Assembly (NCBI GenBank): GCA_051942245.1
Contig: JAVECL010000062.1
Coordinates: 1-64,000 of the forward strand
Direction of reading: 5' to 3'
Length of the DNA stretch: 64,000 nt
From: Trypethelium eluteriae
Lineage: Eukaryota
Each line of letters begins with the position of its first letter. Position 1 is the stretch's first letter. Positions 11,687 to 25,853 of the stretch are shown one piece after another. The translations under genes and the position numbers were made by a program. The notes below the pieces were generated by a model that was not told the DNA's origin, searched no databases, and saw nothing but the letters and a program-made list of their open reading frames with translations.

Positions 11687-14600
11687 TCATATTTCTTCAT
11701 CCGTGATACTTTGATGCTGCTGTTGCTGCTGCGTCATGACCGCCGTTAGCCCTTCGACCTGGGCGCCAAGCCTGACAACCATTGCGCGAAGATCGCGTAC
11801 CTCGTCATTCAATTCTGACGAGGATGGTGCTGTCCTAGGCGGATCGAGAGATGGCCATTGGGCAGAGTCATGTTGTTTGACTCGACCAGCCGACGGTTCA
11901 GCGGCTGTTAACGGTCGGGCCGAGCTAAGCGATGTTCTGAAAAGCGCGTCCTTCCCCACCACCATACCCCGTGGCCGTAGTGAAGATGTCGTCCTCTTCC
12001 GCGTGCTCGGACCTCCAAACGACGAGTGCAAGAAAGCTCCTGCTGTCTGGCGGCGGGCCAGAAATTGCTGCCAACGCTCGTACGCTTCTATCGCAACCAC
12101 AAAGGGAAAATGCGTCACTTTGAGGAGCACAATTCGCGCACTGCGCAAGTGTCCGGATGGGATGCAAAGCCGCAAGGGTCGGAATGCGAGCGCCAGCAGG
12201 TTCTGTAAATGAACCAGTTAGCCAAGTCTCGATACCAACATGTTGCAGTGGAGCTTCATTCGAAACTCGGCGCGGTCCGCAAATTGTTATTAGGGTCATG
12301 CTCTGTCCGATCTACATGGGCATATGGGGCCCACCATGGCCGAACACCGATTATGATACAAGCCTCTGTCATCGAGAGCGGTCAGTCGCAACGAGACGTC
12401 ACGAATGACAGCTCCCTGAACAAGGCTGGGACGGCTTTCAGGTTGTTGGCCACGACCCTGTAGATGAGTACGGCACGGATAGTTTCAACGAAGACGCCAC
12501 GGTAATTAGGTCCCAATAGGTGGGGAAATGCCACCACAAGCGCCTAGAGAAGGCGCAAACTGGAGAAACTTACCAAGGGCGGCAGAAAGTATGTCAGTCT
12601 ATTCGAAGTTGATGCTTCAAGTACGAAGATAGAGTATGTGAGCTACAGAACATGCTGTCAGTAAGGCGGCGGTGCGCACCACGAGAGATTATTTGATAGC
12701 TCACACAGTATTCTTCGCCCGCATGCTCCATAACCTGCGGATTCAGTAATTGAGCACTGTCAGCCAATCGATTCTAGAGGGCAGGGGTGATCGGGTATGC
12801 GTATCATCATCTCATGAATAGCCGCCTAGCTTAAGCCCGAAACAGACTAGGCTATCACAGACGCTACTTCTTACCTTAGTTAGACTGTTGCTGAGTAGGG
12901 AGATTAGGCTTGTAATCAGCAGGATATTCGTCAAACAGACGAAGATTAACTAACACAGCCACGAGGTCAGAAGGCAGGTACGCAATATGGCAGCGGTGTA
13001 TTTTACCATGAGGGGTGGACCGAGGATGGGACTGATCTGGTCCCATTAGCGGGCTGTTCCTCAACAGAGCCTCTGGTCGGTGATGATACCTTCTGCGCAA
13101 TATCCTAATTGCACCGCCTTTAGCGACGCTTTTCTTGTGAAGGGGTGCTGTCGAACGACAGAGCTGAGGCGGTGGACTCACAAAGCCAAGGTAACTGGAT
13201 CTAACCGAGGTTTCAGCAATGATACAGATGTTGCCGATCTGGCAAGAATTTCCTTACCCAAAGAAAACATTGATCAGAATCCATGACATTTCCAAAGGCG
13301 TGAAATAGTCCCGTGCAAGCAGGGTGAATGTGGTAAGAAAGCCTACTAGGCTTTAGCGTGAATTTTGTCAAGTCAACCAGCTCTGTACAGACCGAAGTAG
13401 AGTATGACGACAAGCCCTAGAAACTTGATGAAGTCTTTGGTCTGCTTGGTGTCAGCTTTGTTGCTCTGCAATCTTCTAAACCCTAGTCCGTGCGCTTTAC
13501 CATCTCTTTGAGGCATGGTATCTGCAAGAAATGTCAACACTGCTTGTCTGAGCGCTGGGGCGGCACAGCAGCCACTTTGCCGCACTTACTAATGTACCAA
13601 CGTAGCGATTCAAGCTCAATAGCGAGAAGACTCTATTCGCCGTGTTAATTGAGGCTATGCTGGCCCGCAGTATCCATCATGCACATGGCGGCCTCGTGGA
13701 TTTACCTTGGTACTAAGAATAGAGCTTCAATAGATAGAATGTCAAACGAAATGTCGATCATGTGGCCATTTCCTTTCACAAGTCCGATCATTCCTAAGAG
13801 GGTTCAGTATTACGACATCTTTTGGAGTGGATTCCATCGCGCGGTAGCATGGATGGGCTGAAGAGATAGGTGTTGGTGACTCAACCCACCACTCTGTCGC
13901 CAGGATAGCTGCGAGAAATGTAGACAACGTTTCGCGCTTCCAAATTGTTGGCCCTTTCCCGTGCACGAGTTTATCCGAAACCCCAGAAGATGGAAATAGC
14001 ATGGACTTACGCAATGTAAAGAATGCAGCTCCAACCAGTATGATGCCAATATCCCACAAGCTCCAGAAATCTGCCGCATAGAACAAGGATCCGGCATCTA
14101 AAAACTCACCGAATTCTGTGAAATCGATGAGCAATCTGACACAATCACGCTTTTGCGGTTGGACTTGCCATCGTAACCGAAGCTTGCGATCCAGATATAC
14201 AGGAGAATTTCTGTCACATTGATCTTGTGGATATTCCTCTCGACCAGAACGGCATAGTATAGAGCGAGAAACGAAGCAAAAAAAGCAGCCTCGAAAGATT
14301 TGAGGTATTTAGGGACACGTAGTCGGCAATAGGGATCGGCCTTTCTGTTCGGACGGATGAGAATAGATAAACGGGAAGCGAAATAACATCAGGTGCATGG
14401 GAAAGATTGGAGCTTGATGCTTACCTCCTGTTGTAGAATTTGGCTTCTTTTCTGGAGTGCACACTCATATTCTCCCAGAAGACAATTTCACCATTCCATA
14501 TGCCATTGACTACCTTTTGAACAGTTTTCTGGCTGAGGAATTTCTTCGCTCCAGCCACGACAGCAATTTCAAGAGCATTCATCCTTTTGAAGGAAGCAAG

Positions 14601-15324
14601 GTACTCCCGTTCGCTTTGCGTGTCCATTGATTGGTCGGGGCTCGTATTTCCGTAGCCGTTGGGATCTCGGGTACACTCGGCTTGATTGGAAGGATTGGGT
14701 ATTCTAGCTGAGTCGTCATGAAAATCTTCATTGTCGACAAGGACGGTGAAGCTGCTCTCAGAGAGTCCTCCTTCTTCATCATAGTACTGTCGCTCCACCT
14801 CCGAAACATCATGAAGAAGAAAGTCAATGCTTTCTCGTTCCGATAAATGCGCAACAAAGCGCCAGGCGACAATTTCACATGCGAAACCCCTGGTGTTGTT
14901 GATAGCTTTGTCGTCATTAATCTCAAGGGACGAAAAGTGTGCCTTCAGGACTCTATAGAAGAACAATTAGACTCTGAATCAACTGATCTCGAGGGGCAAA
15001 GAGTACAATAGGGCGGAAACAATGTCGCGATTGTGAACATCATTAATTAAGCTTTCGATTAGTGGGGTAAGTTTGTGACCATACGCAACAGTCTGAAGCT
15101 CCTCAAAGGTCTGTGGTCCCTCGACTGCATCGAGTATGTAGCTGATCCACTGGTTAGCGATATTCTATTTAGCGGAACGATTCCAATGTGAATGGGAATT
15201 ACCCTGACAGCTTCTTCACCACTTTGATGAACGGATCATTTTCGTGAATCTGTGGAACGATTGGTACATGATCTTCTCCGTACGGCTTCCGAAGAGGTGT
15301 TGTAACTCTCGCAGGCTCCGACAT
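11687..15324 (-). CDS. TRP-like (Yvc1-family) non-selective cation channel, ~17 exons
   Basis: Spliced reading gives RGFACEIVAWRF, NALEIAVVAGAKKFLSQ, RLRVPKY, FYAADFWSLWD, LEALFLVPR-like, IPCLKEMTKDFIKFL, VFFGSSYLGF and LTNILLITSLISLLSNSL, all typical of fungal TRP channels. Confidence 0.85.
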
Positions 15325-17582
15325 GACATCACAATCCGATTGATGCTCTTTGGGAAAGACTGGCTGGCAGATAGATTGACTGTAGTCTAATAACGGACGT
15401 CGTTGTATTTTCAAGTAAACAGCGGAGCCAGTAGTGGGAGGTTCCTACTATACGTAAGACACGCCACGCTACTGCAGGAACGAGTTTGTCGCGACCGCCC
15501 TCAACATCAATTGTCTCAACCCAGCCAATGTACGGGATACCCACACTCTATACCCCGGCAATCGACCCAATATGGATCTTGATCGAAGCGTGAGCCCTTT
15601 TAAGGGTAGGTACCTACGCACTGGCCTTTCAGCTGCGCCTGTCGGTCTCGCGTGCCATCGGAAGTCCCTTTCTAAACCTCAAGTAACGATGGAATAGGTG
15701 ACCAACATTCTGACCTCCACGCGTTGGGAGTCTCTCTACAATGGTCCTAGGAGTCTTTAGGAAAGTCACATGTGACATCTCATTAGAATGCGTTTAAGAT
15801 CCCATATTCCTATCACTGCTTCGCACAACTGGAAAGGTCCCAATTAGTATTCAAAAGGCGACCCAGTTCATCGATACGAAGCAACGGTCCAGCTATGTAC
15901 GGCAAGGTAGTACCGTGGATGTCCAGAATTACTATTGGCTAGCTTCGTTTCCTTCAGTCCTGGATCGCCTTTATCATCTTAGGGACGAGAGCCGTTGCTG
16001 CTTAATACAGTACCACTCTCATACGCGAACAATTCAAACCCGGCTTGGAAAGGGTACGCACTGGATTAATTTCTACTACGACGGCCTTGAGTGAAGGCCG
16101 AGGAGCTCGATTTAAAAAGCACATATACTCGCGGAGGATTGATCGTAATCACGATCCAAACGATCAACTTCAAGCGCAAGCTGGAAGAACATCGAATTTC
16201 TCGCCCGCCTTTGCAAGACAAAAATCCTTCGAGACCTGCTGTCGCGGATACTTGTTTTAATCATCTAAGATAGTGTTAAAGAGCAAACATTGGTCAGTTA
16301 CGAAGAGTAACGCCGGAAAAAGATCAATGTATGGAAGACGAAGAGACGTACCAGCAGCTCCACAGCAGTCCCACAGCAGTCGTCCATATGACCAAGCACT
16401 TTCAGGACGAACAGAACGAATAGCGTAAACCATCCTCCCCTACTGTCTCAAGAGCTTATCGAGGTGGGTTTCATCAAAAAAGATATCAATGATGATGATC
16501 ACAGCAAAAACTGAACAAGTGTCTCCATCAACATTCTCGTAACTGCCTAAGCCAGTACCGGATGGATTTATTGAAAGTATTAGGGAAGGTACTGCCGATT
16601 ACGCTCTGTTAGGAGAAGGCAAGTATATTTGTTATGGCCTTGAGCCATGCGGACAGTCTATCGAGGTTTTATCTCCAGAACTTTACCCGCTTTATACAAA
16701 GGGCCTAGGAATCCCCTGAAACTATTGCCTGTGGAGGCGGTTTTACTGGTCTAGGGCGTAAGTCTGGACGCGCTTGGATGGAAGTTTGAGAAGGCATAGC
16801 AGAAGGTCTTCCAATGAGGAATTACCCATTGGGAAACAGGTGCATTTCGCTCGGGAGCGCCGTCTTCTTCAATGCGTGGCTCAACAAGCCCACTTCGCCA
16901 ATAAAAGACATTGGATCGGCTCGATCGCGCACGGAGCTTCGCCCGGGTAACCTCTAAATATTACAGGTGACGCTCAAGTCGATGTCAGTCATTTTTCCTC
17001 TCCAGCAATGTGTATCTTAGAAAGCTTGATAACCCGAGCCTTTCTGTAGGCGTGGAATCTGGGTATTTGTGTCACCCTCAGCTTATTCACTGTCCATTCA
17101 GCATGCCGTCTAGCCTCCCGACGTGGTCCAGTTCGAGCTGCAATCCAAAGCCAAAAGGGTATAGAATATACCAAAGGACACTGAACTCGCTTGCAATGAA
17201 TATTGATATAGAGAGTGGTATGCTTGCTGGTGCGAATAGGTTGCCGTCTTTGCCATTTGACCCACCATACAAGAAAAGATGGCGCATCTCGTAATAAACG
17301 ACGCCATGAGTCTTGCGACTGCTGGGCGAGCACATCATTTTGGTTCTTGGCCGCTGTCAGAATCATGCATCTCTGTTGCCAGCGCAACGCACACAACTGA
17401 TGTGACCTCGATAAAATCGCAGATACAGGCTGAGAGTTTGAATATATTAGCTTAGCCGATCCCAGTATATCCTACCATCCAATCCTCAAACCCGGTAATA
17501 TGTCCGCAGGGTCCTCTTAGCGTTGTATTCCGATTCCATGCGCCATGTCACAGGTCCACGCCGTTTTCTGCCATTCCGCCAT

Positions 17583-18779
17583 TCATTTCTTCTTCAGTTT
17601 GGCCTCATTCTCAGCCAACTCTCTCACAAACACCCTCGCCGACCCCTCCACCATGTCGACCTTCCCATCCTCGAAGCCCGAACTTATCGCGATCGCCAAC
17701 AGATTCCCCGCCCGATTGAACTCCACTGCCGCCACACTCGCCGGCAACGGCACATATGCCTTAGTCCTCCTCTTCGACAGCGGATCCCATAGCAGCACCT
17801 GCCCATCCCCCCCTCCACTTGCCATGCTCCCGAGCGTCGGATGGAATGCGAGCGCGTTGACAGGGTACACGACATCAATCTCCTCGCCGGTCTCCGGGTC
17901 CTTGCCGCCGTTCTGCCGATGGCATTTGAAAGCGTACTTGCGCGCCTGCGACTCCTCGCTCGAGTCGAACCAGTCGACGGCGATGCGGCCCTCGATGCTG
18001 GAGGTGGCGTAGCCTTCGTCCGAGGGCATGCAGGCGGTGGTACGGGTGAGGTGTTTCAGCGCGGATTCGCGCCGTTGCCAGGGTTCGGCGTTGAGCGTGT
18101 TTGGGGGCTCGGACTCGGCGGAAGCGGCGAGGGTGTTGAGGCTATAGAGGTCGTAGATGTAGAGAGCGCGCGAGGCCATGGAGATGACGAGCCTGGTGGG
18201 AGCGAGGGAGAGAGAATAGACCTTGGATGGGAGGGGAAGAGTAGAGGGGTAGTCGGGTTTGTTGTCGGGGTGGTGGATGTGGATTGAGCTATCCCACGAA
18301 CCGGAGATGAGCATCGAGTGCTGTGTGCTGTAGACGAGGGCTTTGACGGCCTTGTCGTGGGTGCTCAGGACTGTTTGCTCGCCAGTGGTGAGATCGATCC
18401 TACGGCCAAAATCCCGTCGGCGGAGAGCTTCGTAAGATCATGGGAGGCATTCACTTACTTCCGGACATCCATGTCGAGACCACCGGAGAAGGCTTCATTG
18501 TCATCCTTGCCGAAGCAGACGTCGAGGACTGGTGCACGATGTTCGAATTTTTTTATTAGCTGGTTTTCGTCGTCCTGTGAGGTGTCATAGAGGTAGACAT
18601 GTTTATCCCACGAGGCGACAAGAAGGCGCGAGTCGGAGTGAGGGGAGAATTTGATCGAAGATATGGCGTCGGTAGGTGGATTGGCCAATTCTCTTTGTGC
18701 TGAGGAGCATCAGTTCTGTAACCCTGTGGTGATTGGAGCGTGACTCACGAGAATTCGAGGCATCGCTGAATTTAGGCAT
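17583..18779 (-). CDS. BUB3: Spindle assembly checkpoint WD40 protein Bub3, 3 exons
   Basis: Motifs PPTDAISSIKFS, LLVASWD, APVLDVCF, WQRRESALKH, SSIEGRIAVDWFD, KYAFKCHR and VYPVNALAFHP; ATG at 18779. Confidence 0.9.
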
Positions 18780-19010
18780 AGTTAAGCTGCAACTGCTTTG
18801 GTGGCTTTGATTGTTTTGATGATCGACAGAAGCTTAGCAAAATAATTGATACTTTACCGAATATTATCCGGCGCTATCATACGTCATTCCTCGGCCTCAC
18901 GGAGTACCTTACGGTGGAGCATTAAGTACCTAAATAGTCGTTTGATCTTAAGAAAGTCAAGAATTCCCAAGACCCCAGTACTCTCGAGAAGCGACCTGCC
19001 GGCTCCCGCC
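18780..19010. promoter_or_regulatory. Putative bidirectional promoter between BUB3 and GPN2
   Basis: 231 bp separate the two divergent start codons. Confidence 0.6.
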
Positions 19011-20249
19011 ATGCCGTTCGCACAGCTAGTTGTGGGCCCTCCGGGCTCAGGCAAATCTACATATTGCGATGGCATGCATCAATTCATGGGCGCAATTCAA
19101 CGGAAATGTTCGGTCGTCAATCTCGACCCTGCGAACGACCATACCTCCTACCCCGCTGCCCTCGACGTGAGAGACCTTGTAACATTGGACGAAATCATGG
19201 AAGCTGAAGAGCTTGGTCCGAATGGAGGTGTGTTATATGCGCTCGAGGAACTGGAGCATAATTTCGAGTGGCTTGAGCATGGCCTCAAGAATCTTGGAGG
19301 TAGATTCCTCTTCGTGCTACTCGCTGGACCGGCCGAGCTGAAAAGAAATGGCAGATGACTACATTCTTTTTGACTGCCCAGGACAAGTCGAACTCTTTAC
19401 ACACCACTCCTCTCTTCGTAATATCTTTTTCCGTCTCGAAAAGCTTGGGTACAGAGTCCGCATTCCACATCAACTCCATCCTTCCCATCTTCCAATAAGT
19501 GTTCGATGCAACATGCTAACTGTCGATTTTCTTCGTCACAGCTCGTAGTTCTCCACCTCATCGATTCTCACAGCCTTACCCTCCCCTCTCTGTACATCTC
19601 CTCCCTCCTCCTTTCCCTCCGCAGCATGCTCCAGCTCGACTTACCCCACCTTAACGTCCTCACTAAGATCGACAAGCTCGCCTCCTATCCTCCCCTTCCG
19701 TTCAACCTCGACTTCTACACTGAAGTCCAAGACCTGGCCTATCTTTTTCCACACCTGCAATCAGAAAATCCAGGGAGACTAGGGAGTGAGAGGTTTGAGG
19801 GACTGAATAAGGCGATTTGCGACTTGGTCCAGGATTTTGGGCTGGTCACATTTGAGACATTGGCGGTGGAGGATAAACGGAGTATGATGGCATTGTTAAG
19901 GGCAGTGGACCGGGCAGGCGGGTATGCATTTGGACCTGCGGAAGGCGTGAATGAGAGTGTTTGGCAGGTGGCAATGAAGGAAGGAGGTGGAGCGGAGATG
20001 GACGTTAGAGATGTGCAGGAGCGATGGCTAGACCGCAGAGAGGAATTTGATGAGCTGGAAGAGAAGGAATGGGAAGAGGAAGGAAGATGGAGAAAGGGAC
20101 AGGACCACAGCGGCAAGAACGGTAGAGATGATGATACGATGGAGAGCAGTAGGGGCCGATCGCACGAGAATAAGGACGAGGATGAAGGCCTAATGGAAAT
20201 GGCGAAGAAAGTGAATGATAGTGGGATCAAGATTGTGAGGAAGAGTTGA
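19011..20249 (+). CDS. GPN2: GPN-loop GTPase 2, 3 exons
   Basis: GPPGSGKSTYC P-loop, NLDPAN, LGPNGG (GPN loop), DCPGQVELFTH, PLPFNLDFYTEVQDL. Confidence 0.92.
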
Positions 20250-20613
20250 TACCTTGCTGGTACTATAAGAGGGTATGACAGGTATCAGGGTCGATATGTT
20301 GAATGAATCATCTGGATGCATCCATTGTACTTTAATCACAGTCAATGAACACAAGGCTCTGCTAAACTACTTCAAACACACCCGAAGTCAACAATGATGT
20401 GAAGACAGGTAGTATGATCGAGTAGTTTACACCTCTGGCGCTTGAAGGTATTGAGCTTTCATTACATGCTCGTACAAGGTCCTGACTAGAGCGCGAACCG
20501 GCGAACGGTGCAGTTTGCTACAATGAAGTATAGCATACCAATTCTCTCCATTTAGCACTCGAGATACCTTCCCAACTCCATGACACCTTGTTCGCCTTTC
20601 CCATTACCCTAAT

Positions 20614-22235
20614 TTAGCCTGGTCTCCTGGATTCGTCTCTCTCTTTTCCAGTCGGCTGTTGGTTTAGTATTGCCTCCATTTCCTTCTCAAAGTCAAACTC
20701 CTCGTCAATATTCTCGTGTTCATTTGTAGCTTCACTCCTCCGTGTGCTTTCTCCTCTGCTCGCTGCTTCGCTCTTCCTCGCACCTTGTTTCCAACTATCT
20801 CTTCCACTCTTGCCGGAATGCGTGCTCTTCGCCATACTCTTTCTTACCGACTTCACATCGTTGGCTGCATATGTCTGGGATGTATGTCCCGTATTTCCAC
20901 TAATCACACTTACAGGCCTCAACTTCCACTGCCCATTCACATTGTCCAAGCTCAGCTCGCTCGCGTCCATGGGAACCCCACCTACGTATCCATCTTCTTC
21001 ATCCCCAGCGCGCTGACGTCCCTCAAGCGCATTCATCGTCTCATCATCCTGCTGCGCCATGTATGCTCGTGGCCATTGCCTCCTCAAATCGTCAAGATAC
21101 GAAGATTGCCAATCCCTAGCACCCTGTGACATGCGACTCATCCGCTTCTCGTGCTCCGGATTGTAAGATCCGCGTCCATGTGCCCCATCCGGAATAATGA
21201 AGCGCCTGTCGATGCGTCCCGCCGCATATAGAGCGACAACCAGAATCTCGATGACAAAATTAAAGCAGTAGAATGCCGCCTTAGAGAAATACCATGGTGT
21301 TGGGGCGCGCAAAGGCACGGGATCAAGATAGTTGGTGCCGGCGCGGAATGCCGCCCCTAAGGTGAGGAGTGCAGATGCCAGTGCGAGGATCTCCTCCTTG
21401 GTGCGGAAGCGTCCGATACCGAATTTCTCAATGTAGCTGTGCCGCGGGATGAGCAGACCCAGGGCAATGAGCAAGAGCGGCATGAAGGCAATGACAGCGT
21501 AGAAGGTTCCGCCGTAGAGCTGAATGTCGCGATCGATGTTGTGGGTGTGGACAGAGAGGGTGAAGAAGGATTGGACCAATACCGTAATGAGCATGATGAT
21601 TGTGACAACGATGCCGAAGTAGAGGAAGGCGAAGAAGAGCGTGAAAGGCCGGGACCAGCCAATGCGTGGATGCTGAGCGCGGGTGCAGCGCTCGGCGAAG
21701 ATAAGATTGATGGCGAAGAGAAGGACAATGCCGGCGTAGACGAAAACTTGAGCGGCGATGCCGAGACTGACGTTATGAGGACGCGTCGACCAGGCGATGC
21801 GAAGGATACACGTTATGAGCCGCGCCACGCAGAAGCCTGAAGGTGGTCAGTTGAGCGTTGTGGACAAGAAGTGTATTCGAGTAAGTAGTAGATATGCAAT
21901 TTGAATGGCGGTCGACAAGTCAAGGGCATACCGAAAGTCATTCCAGACATGATGAATTTCTTGCCATCTTTCATATTTTCCCTGAAGATCTTCATGTGAA
22001 CAGCACCACCGAGAATGAAGAGAACAAGGAACACTGTAGTGATGGGAACATCAGGGATAACACTGGGTACTCCCCCCAAACTCTGTGTCTGAGGTGGATA
22101 TGGAGCACTCATGGGAGGCATTCCTCCTGCTCCTCCTGCACCTCCTGCTGGCCCCTACGTTCACAAATAGTCAGCACGCAAACATCTACAATCTGACTAA
22201 AGACTGAGAAAGGAGCATACCTGAGGTGCAGCCAT
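20614..22235 (-). CDS. Fungal multi-pass membrane protein (DUF3112/RTA1-like), 3 exons
   Basis: MAAPQ exon; SLGGVP...DVPITTVFL...HMKIF...SGMTFGFC exon; then LRIAW, IAAQVF, N.IFAER..RA.HP.IGW and PWYFSKAAFYCFNF, with about 7 hydrophobic segments. Confidence 0.75.
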
Positions 22236-24498
22236 GTCACAATTCCTTCAGAAAATAGAGAGGAAATAGAGAACGAAACTAGATACGAACAGAGCTACGA
22301 CAAAGAGAAAATGAGAAGATGCGCCAGGCCCTGTTTTGTTTCGACTGATGCTCTCAGAGACTGGCTGCGCCAAGCACGGATTGGGTAGTTTGAGCCTCGT
22401 GGGGCCGGTCCGTAGTTTGGTCGTGACTGGTATGGACCGAGTGATCGTTTAACTTAGAAGGTAGACTTTGGTCCAGTCTCACAGTTTACAATTTAGCTCC
22501 CGTGCATGACGACGATGATGCACCTCTCCATAGACGAAGTTCCGAGCCGAGAAGATTTTGGCTGTGAGGATACCGTGGTTATCGAGAAGCGTACTAAGAC
22601 TTTTGAAAGCCATGGCGAGCATCTTATACTAGACTTCGGAAGAGCCATCGGACATTCACATGCCTCTGCGTCCCCGTCTGTGTGACAATATTCATACAAA
22701 CTCGAGAATCACCACTTCTGGATCTGAGTAAAGAACCATTGAAGGTTTATGAGGTCGGTGGAGAGAGTGGCCGTTATGCAGGCTTCTGGTGGCATTCATG
22801 TCTGCTAACTGCCGATCGCCGATGGTTAGCCACCAGACCCGTCGGACTCAGTACCTTGTGCCCAGCCGTGGCATCGGACCTGTAGATTCTTCCCATGTCA
22901 AACTGTCAAAGTGTACCTTACTGTCAACCCGTTTTACCCCTCAAACTGTATCCCGTGAACCCTGTGAGCCGTACAACTGGACGGTCAGTAGATTCGGAGC
23001 TGAACGACGTACGATACTACACAGCTGCATATATCGTTTCGAAGTCTCATGTCTGAATTAGACACATTAGGAAACCCCTAGAGCATAAGGAATAGCCATG
23101 CGAATTTCTCATTTCTTTTCCAATGACAAAACAAGCCACTCAAATAATGTCCCAATGATGAAAGCCACTTTCTACATCATATAAGCCGGGAGCTCTTCCC
23201 GGATATGAAGTGGTGAGAACCCGTTCGTGCATGCTTCAGTCCTTCAAGGTAGAAGCAAAATACGAACGCGTTGTTCTGCAATGTAGAAGCAATGTGCTCT
23301 TGCTATAGATACGAGTCGCATAAGATGGAACCATGGTTTAAATATTTCACTATCTGCCTCCATGGGGCTTCACTTACCTCATCTTCTCAATATTCTCTCA
23401 CTGAATAGCAACGCTGACGCCCATATAGCTCGTTAGTAGAACATGCGACTTGAGAATGCCAGAGACTCTAGGAACCGAGTTCTCTCTTCAAAGAATATAG
23501 CAATAGGGGTTCTAATCGACGCCTATCCGTCATTTCCGAGGTGGCAAGAATAACATCTGGAAGGTCGCCGCTGGATTATCAAATTTTGCAGACAAAAAAC
23601 TCTTGTTTCGTGGTCAACTTCTCCCCAAAAACTCTCGCATGTACATTGGTAGTCTTCCAGTCCTGTAGCCCGACTTAATGTCATTCATGCGGAACGAATA
23701 TTTCCAAACAGGGTCACGTGGAAAGTATTTGATCTTGCACTTCTCTCTCCGCAATTCGGCCAAGCCGTCCTTTCTTCTCCTTGAGTCGATGGATTCGTTT
23801 GTGCCAAATTCAGCTAACCCGAGGCTCCAATTTTTGATCCAATTCTGCAGCGGCCGGCATAGACGACTTGACCGATACCTGGCTCATTGATCAATCCCTC
23901 GTATAGTTCAATGAAATGTTGACTAGGTCAAGGATTCATGTCATCGTCTGCCAAATGCTCGAAACCCACACGTACAGTTTCTGTGCATAAATCCAGCTGC
24001 TATCTGAGATGTGATAGGTCCTACCGGAGCAATGGCTAGTGTATCTCCGGAGCATCAAGCTTGGACAACACCAAACTCTGGCCTTCCTCAAGGCACAAAA
24101 TAATATAAAGGTAGAGGCAGAGGACAAGGTGCCTATCCATAATCTGAACTGGTAAGGATTGACCAGAATGTCGACGAATTGTAAAGTCCACCAGATGTAC
24201 ATATCACAAGCTCGCAATTGACAAAGTACCGCTGCAATGCACTTCGTTGAGAATTTGTCAGATCAATACCGGTGGCCTGATGTTACATTGCCTCTCGGAC
24301 ATACTAACACTTATATATCCGTTCACCCGTTCACCTTGTACTGTGCAATCCTAAGGTATATAAGCGTCTGCTCTCTTTCATGGATTTGGGCGTCCTTGAC
24401 CAGCCACTTTTTCTCACAGCCATAGAACCGCCATAATCTTGCCTGAGTCCAAGCAATAATTTTTTCGGGTACACTTTCGATCAATCTGAAGGCCACTG

Positions 24499-25349
24499 AT
24501 GTCTACCACTTTCGACAATGTCTTTATCCTTGGCGCCACCTCGGGATTGGGCGAGGCTCTGGCTCGCCGTTGCTATCAAGATGGAAAGAAAATTATGGTC
24601 TCTGGTCGACGACAGGAGCGTCTTCAAGCCTTGCAAAAGGAAATGCCAGGTGTTGAGACCATTCAGGCATGGTTGCTAGCGGGTCGAGCTTCTATATGGA
24701 CGACACTAACGGCCCACAGATAGACGTCGAAGATTTGAAAGCGTTTCCGAAGAAGGTGGCGGAGGTCGCTAGACGTTTCCCTGACATTGATCAGATCATT
24801 CTCATGGCAGGTAGTGGATCCGTCTTCGACTTCAAGGATATTTCATCCTCCAGCGACACACATATTGCCAGCGAAATTGCCACGAATGTCACTTTCCCTA
24901 TGATCGCCTCGCGTCTCATTGTCCCATTTCTCATTTCAAGGGACCAACCCGCGCAAATCGTTCTTGTATCATCTGGCCTAGCCTTCGTGCCCTTTCCCAT
25001 CTATCCAGTTTACTGCCCGGCCAAGGCGGCAGTTCACTATTTTGCCTGCACTCTTCGCGGGCAGCTCGCCGATACGCCGATTACAGTCACCGAGCTTATC
25101 CCACCATACGTCGATACAGATTTCGACAAGAACTTCAGAGCGCAATTGATGGAGCGCACAGGCGGGAAGCTGAAGGCCATGCCGTTGGACGAATTCACTG
25201 AGGAGGCGTACAAGGGTCTGCAGGATCGGTCGGACGGGAAGCCGAAGAAGGAAGTCGGGGTGGGCACTGCAGCCACTCGAGCAGGAATTTGGTGGGATGC
25301 TTTTCGTCCAGTCTTCGAGCAATATGGGGTGTCTACCATGAATTCATAG
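24499..25349 (+). CDS. Short-chain dehydrogenase/reductase (DltE-like), one intron
   Basis: GATSGLG Rossmann motif, VSSGLAFVP, catalytic YCPAK, ELIPPYVDT. The intron at 24667-24719 needs a GC donor. Confidence 0.88.
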
Positions 25350-25853
25350 GCGAATCGATCGAATCTATCAGCTATTGACCAAGCGGGTGGATAGACTTAG
25401 AAGTAGACAGCCTTAGTGCGTGCAATCTTGTTGCAAAGACAAACCAATGAATATAAAGAGGAGTGTGAAATCCTGAGTCGTCTCTATTACTGTACCCTTG
25501 AGCGAATATCGTACTACGGCGTCTAAGTCTGCAGACATGAGCGATCTTTCTTCACATCTCAGTGGCTTCGAGCCGCTTGTGAAGGGAAACAAAGGCAAAT
25601 GAAACTCCGAGCCTTCTTCCAGCCTTTCGACGTAGTAAGGTAAAGTACGAAGTCGTGGGAGCAAATTATCTGAGAAGAGTACAATTATCGTAAAGGCGGT
25701 GAAACTTTTCTGCCGCCTGTGCCGGACCAATTATTTGATTGCCAAAAGCAGGCAAAAATACTTACCTAACCTACTCAGCGCAATTTCCGAATATCAGCAT
25801 CACTGGACTGATGATTTGACCTATGCGAGTCTAGCCATGGTGCTGATGCTACT

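Noticed and set aside
16440..16800. Protein-like fragments (PKPVPDGFIESIREG...)
   Set aside because: Interrupted by stops and not assignable to a family; at most an old relic.
23400..24220. Possible decayed minus-strand gene
   Set aside because: Fragmentary frames with no identifiable motif.
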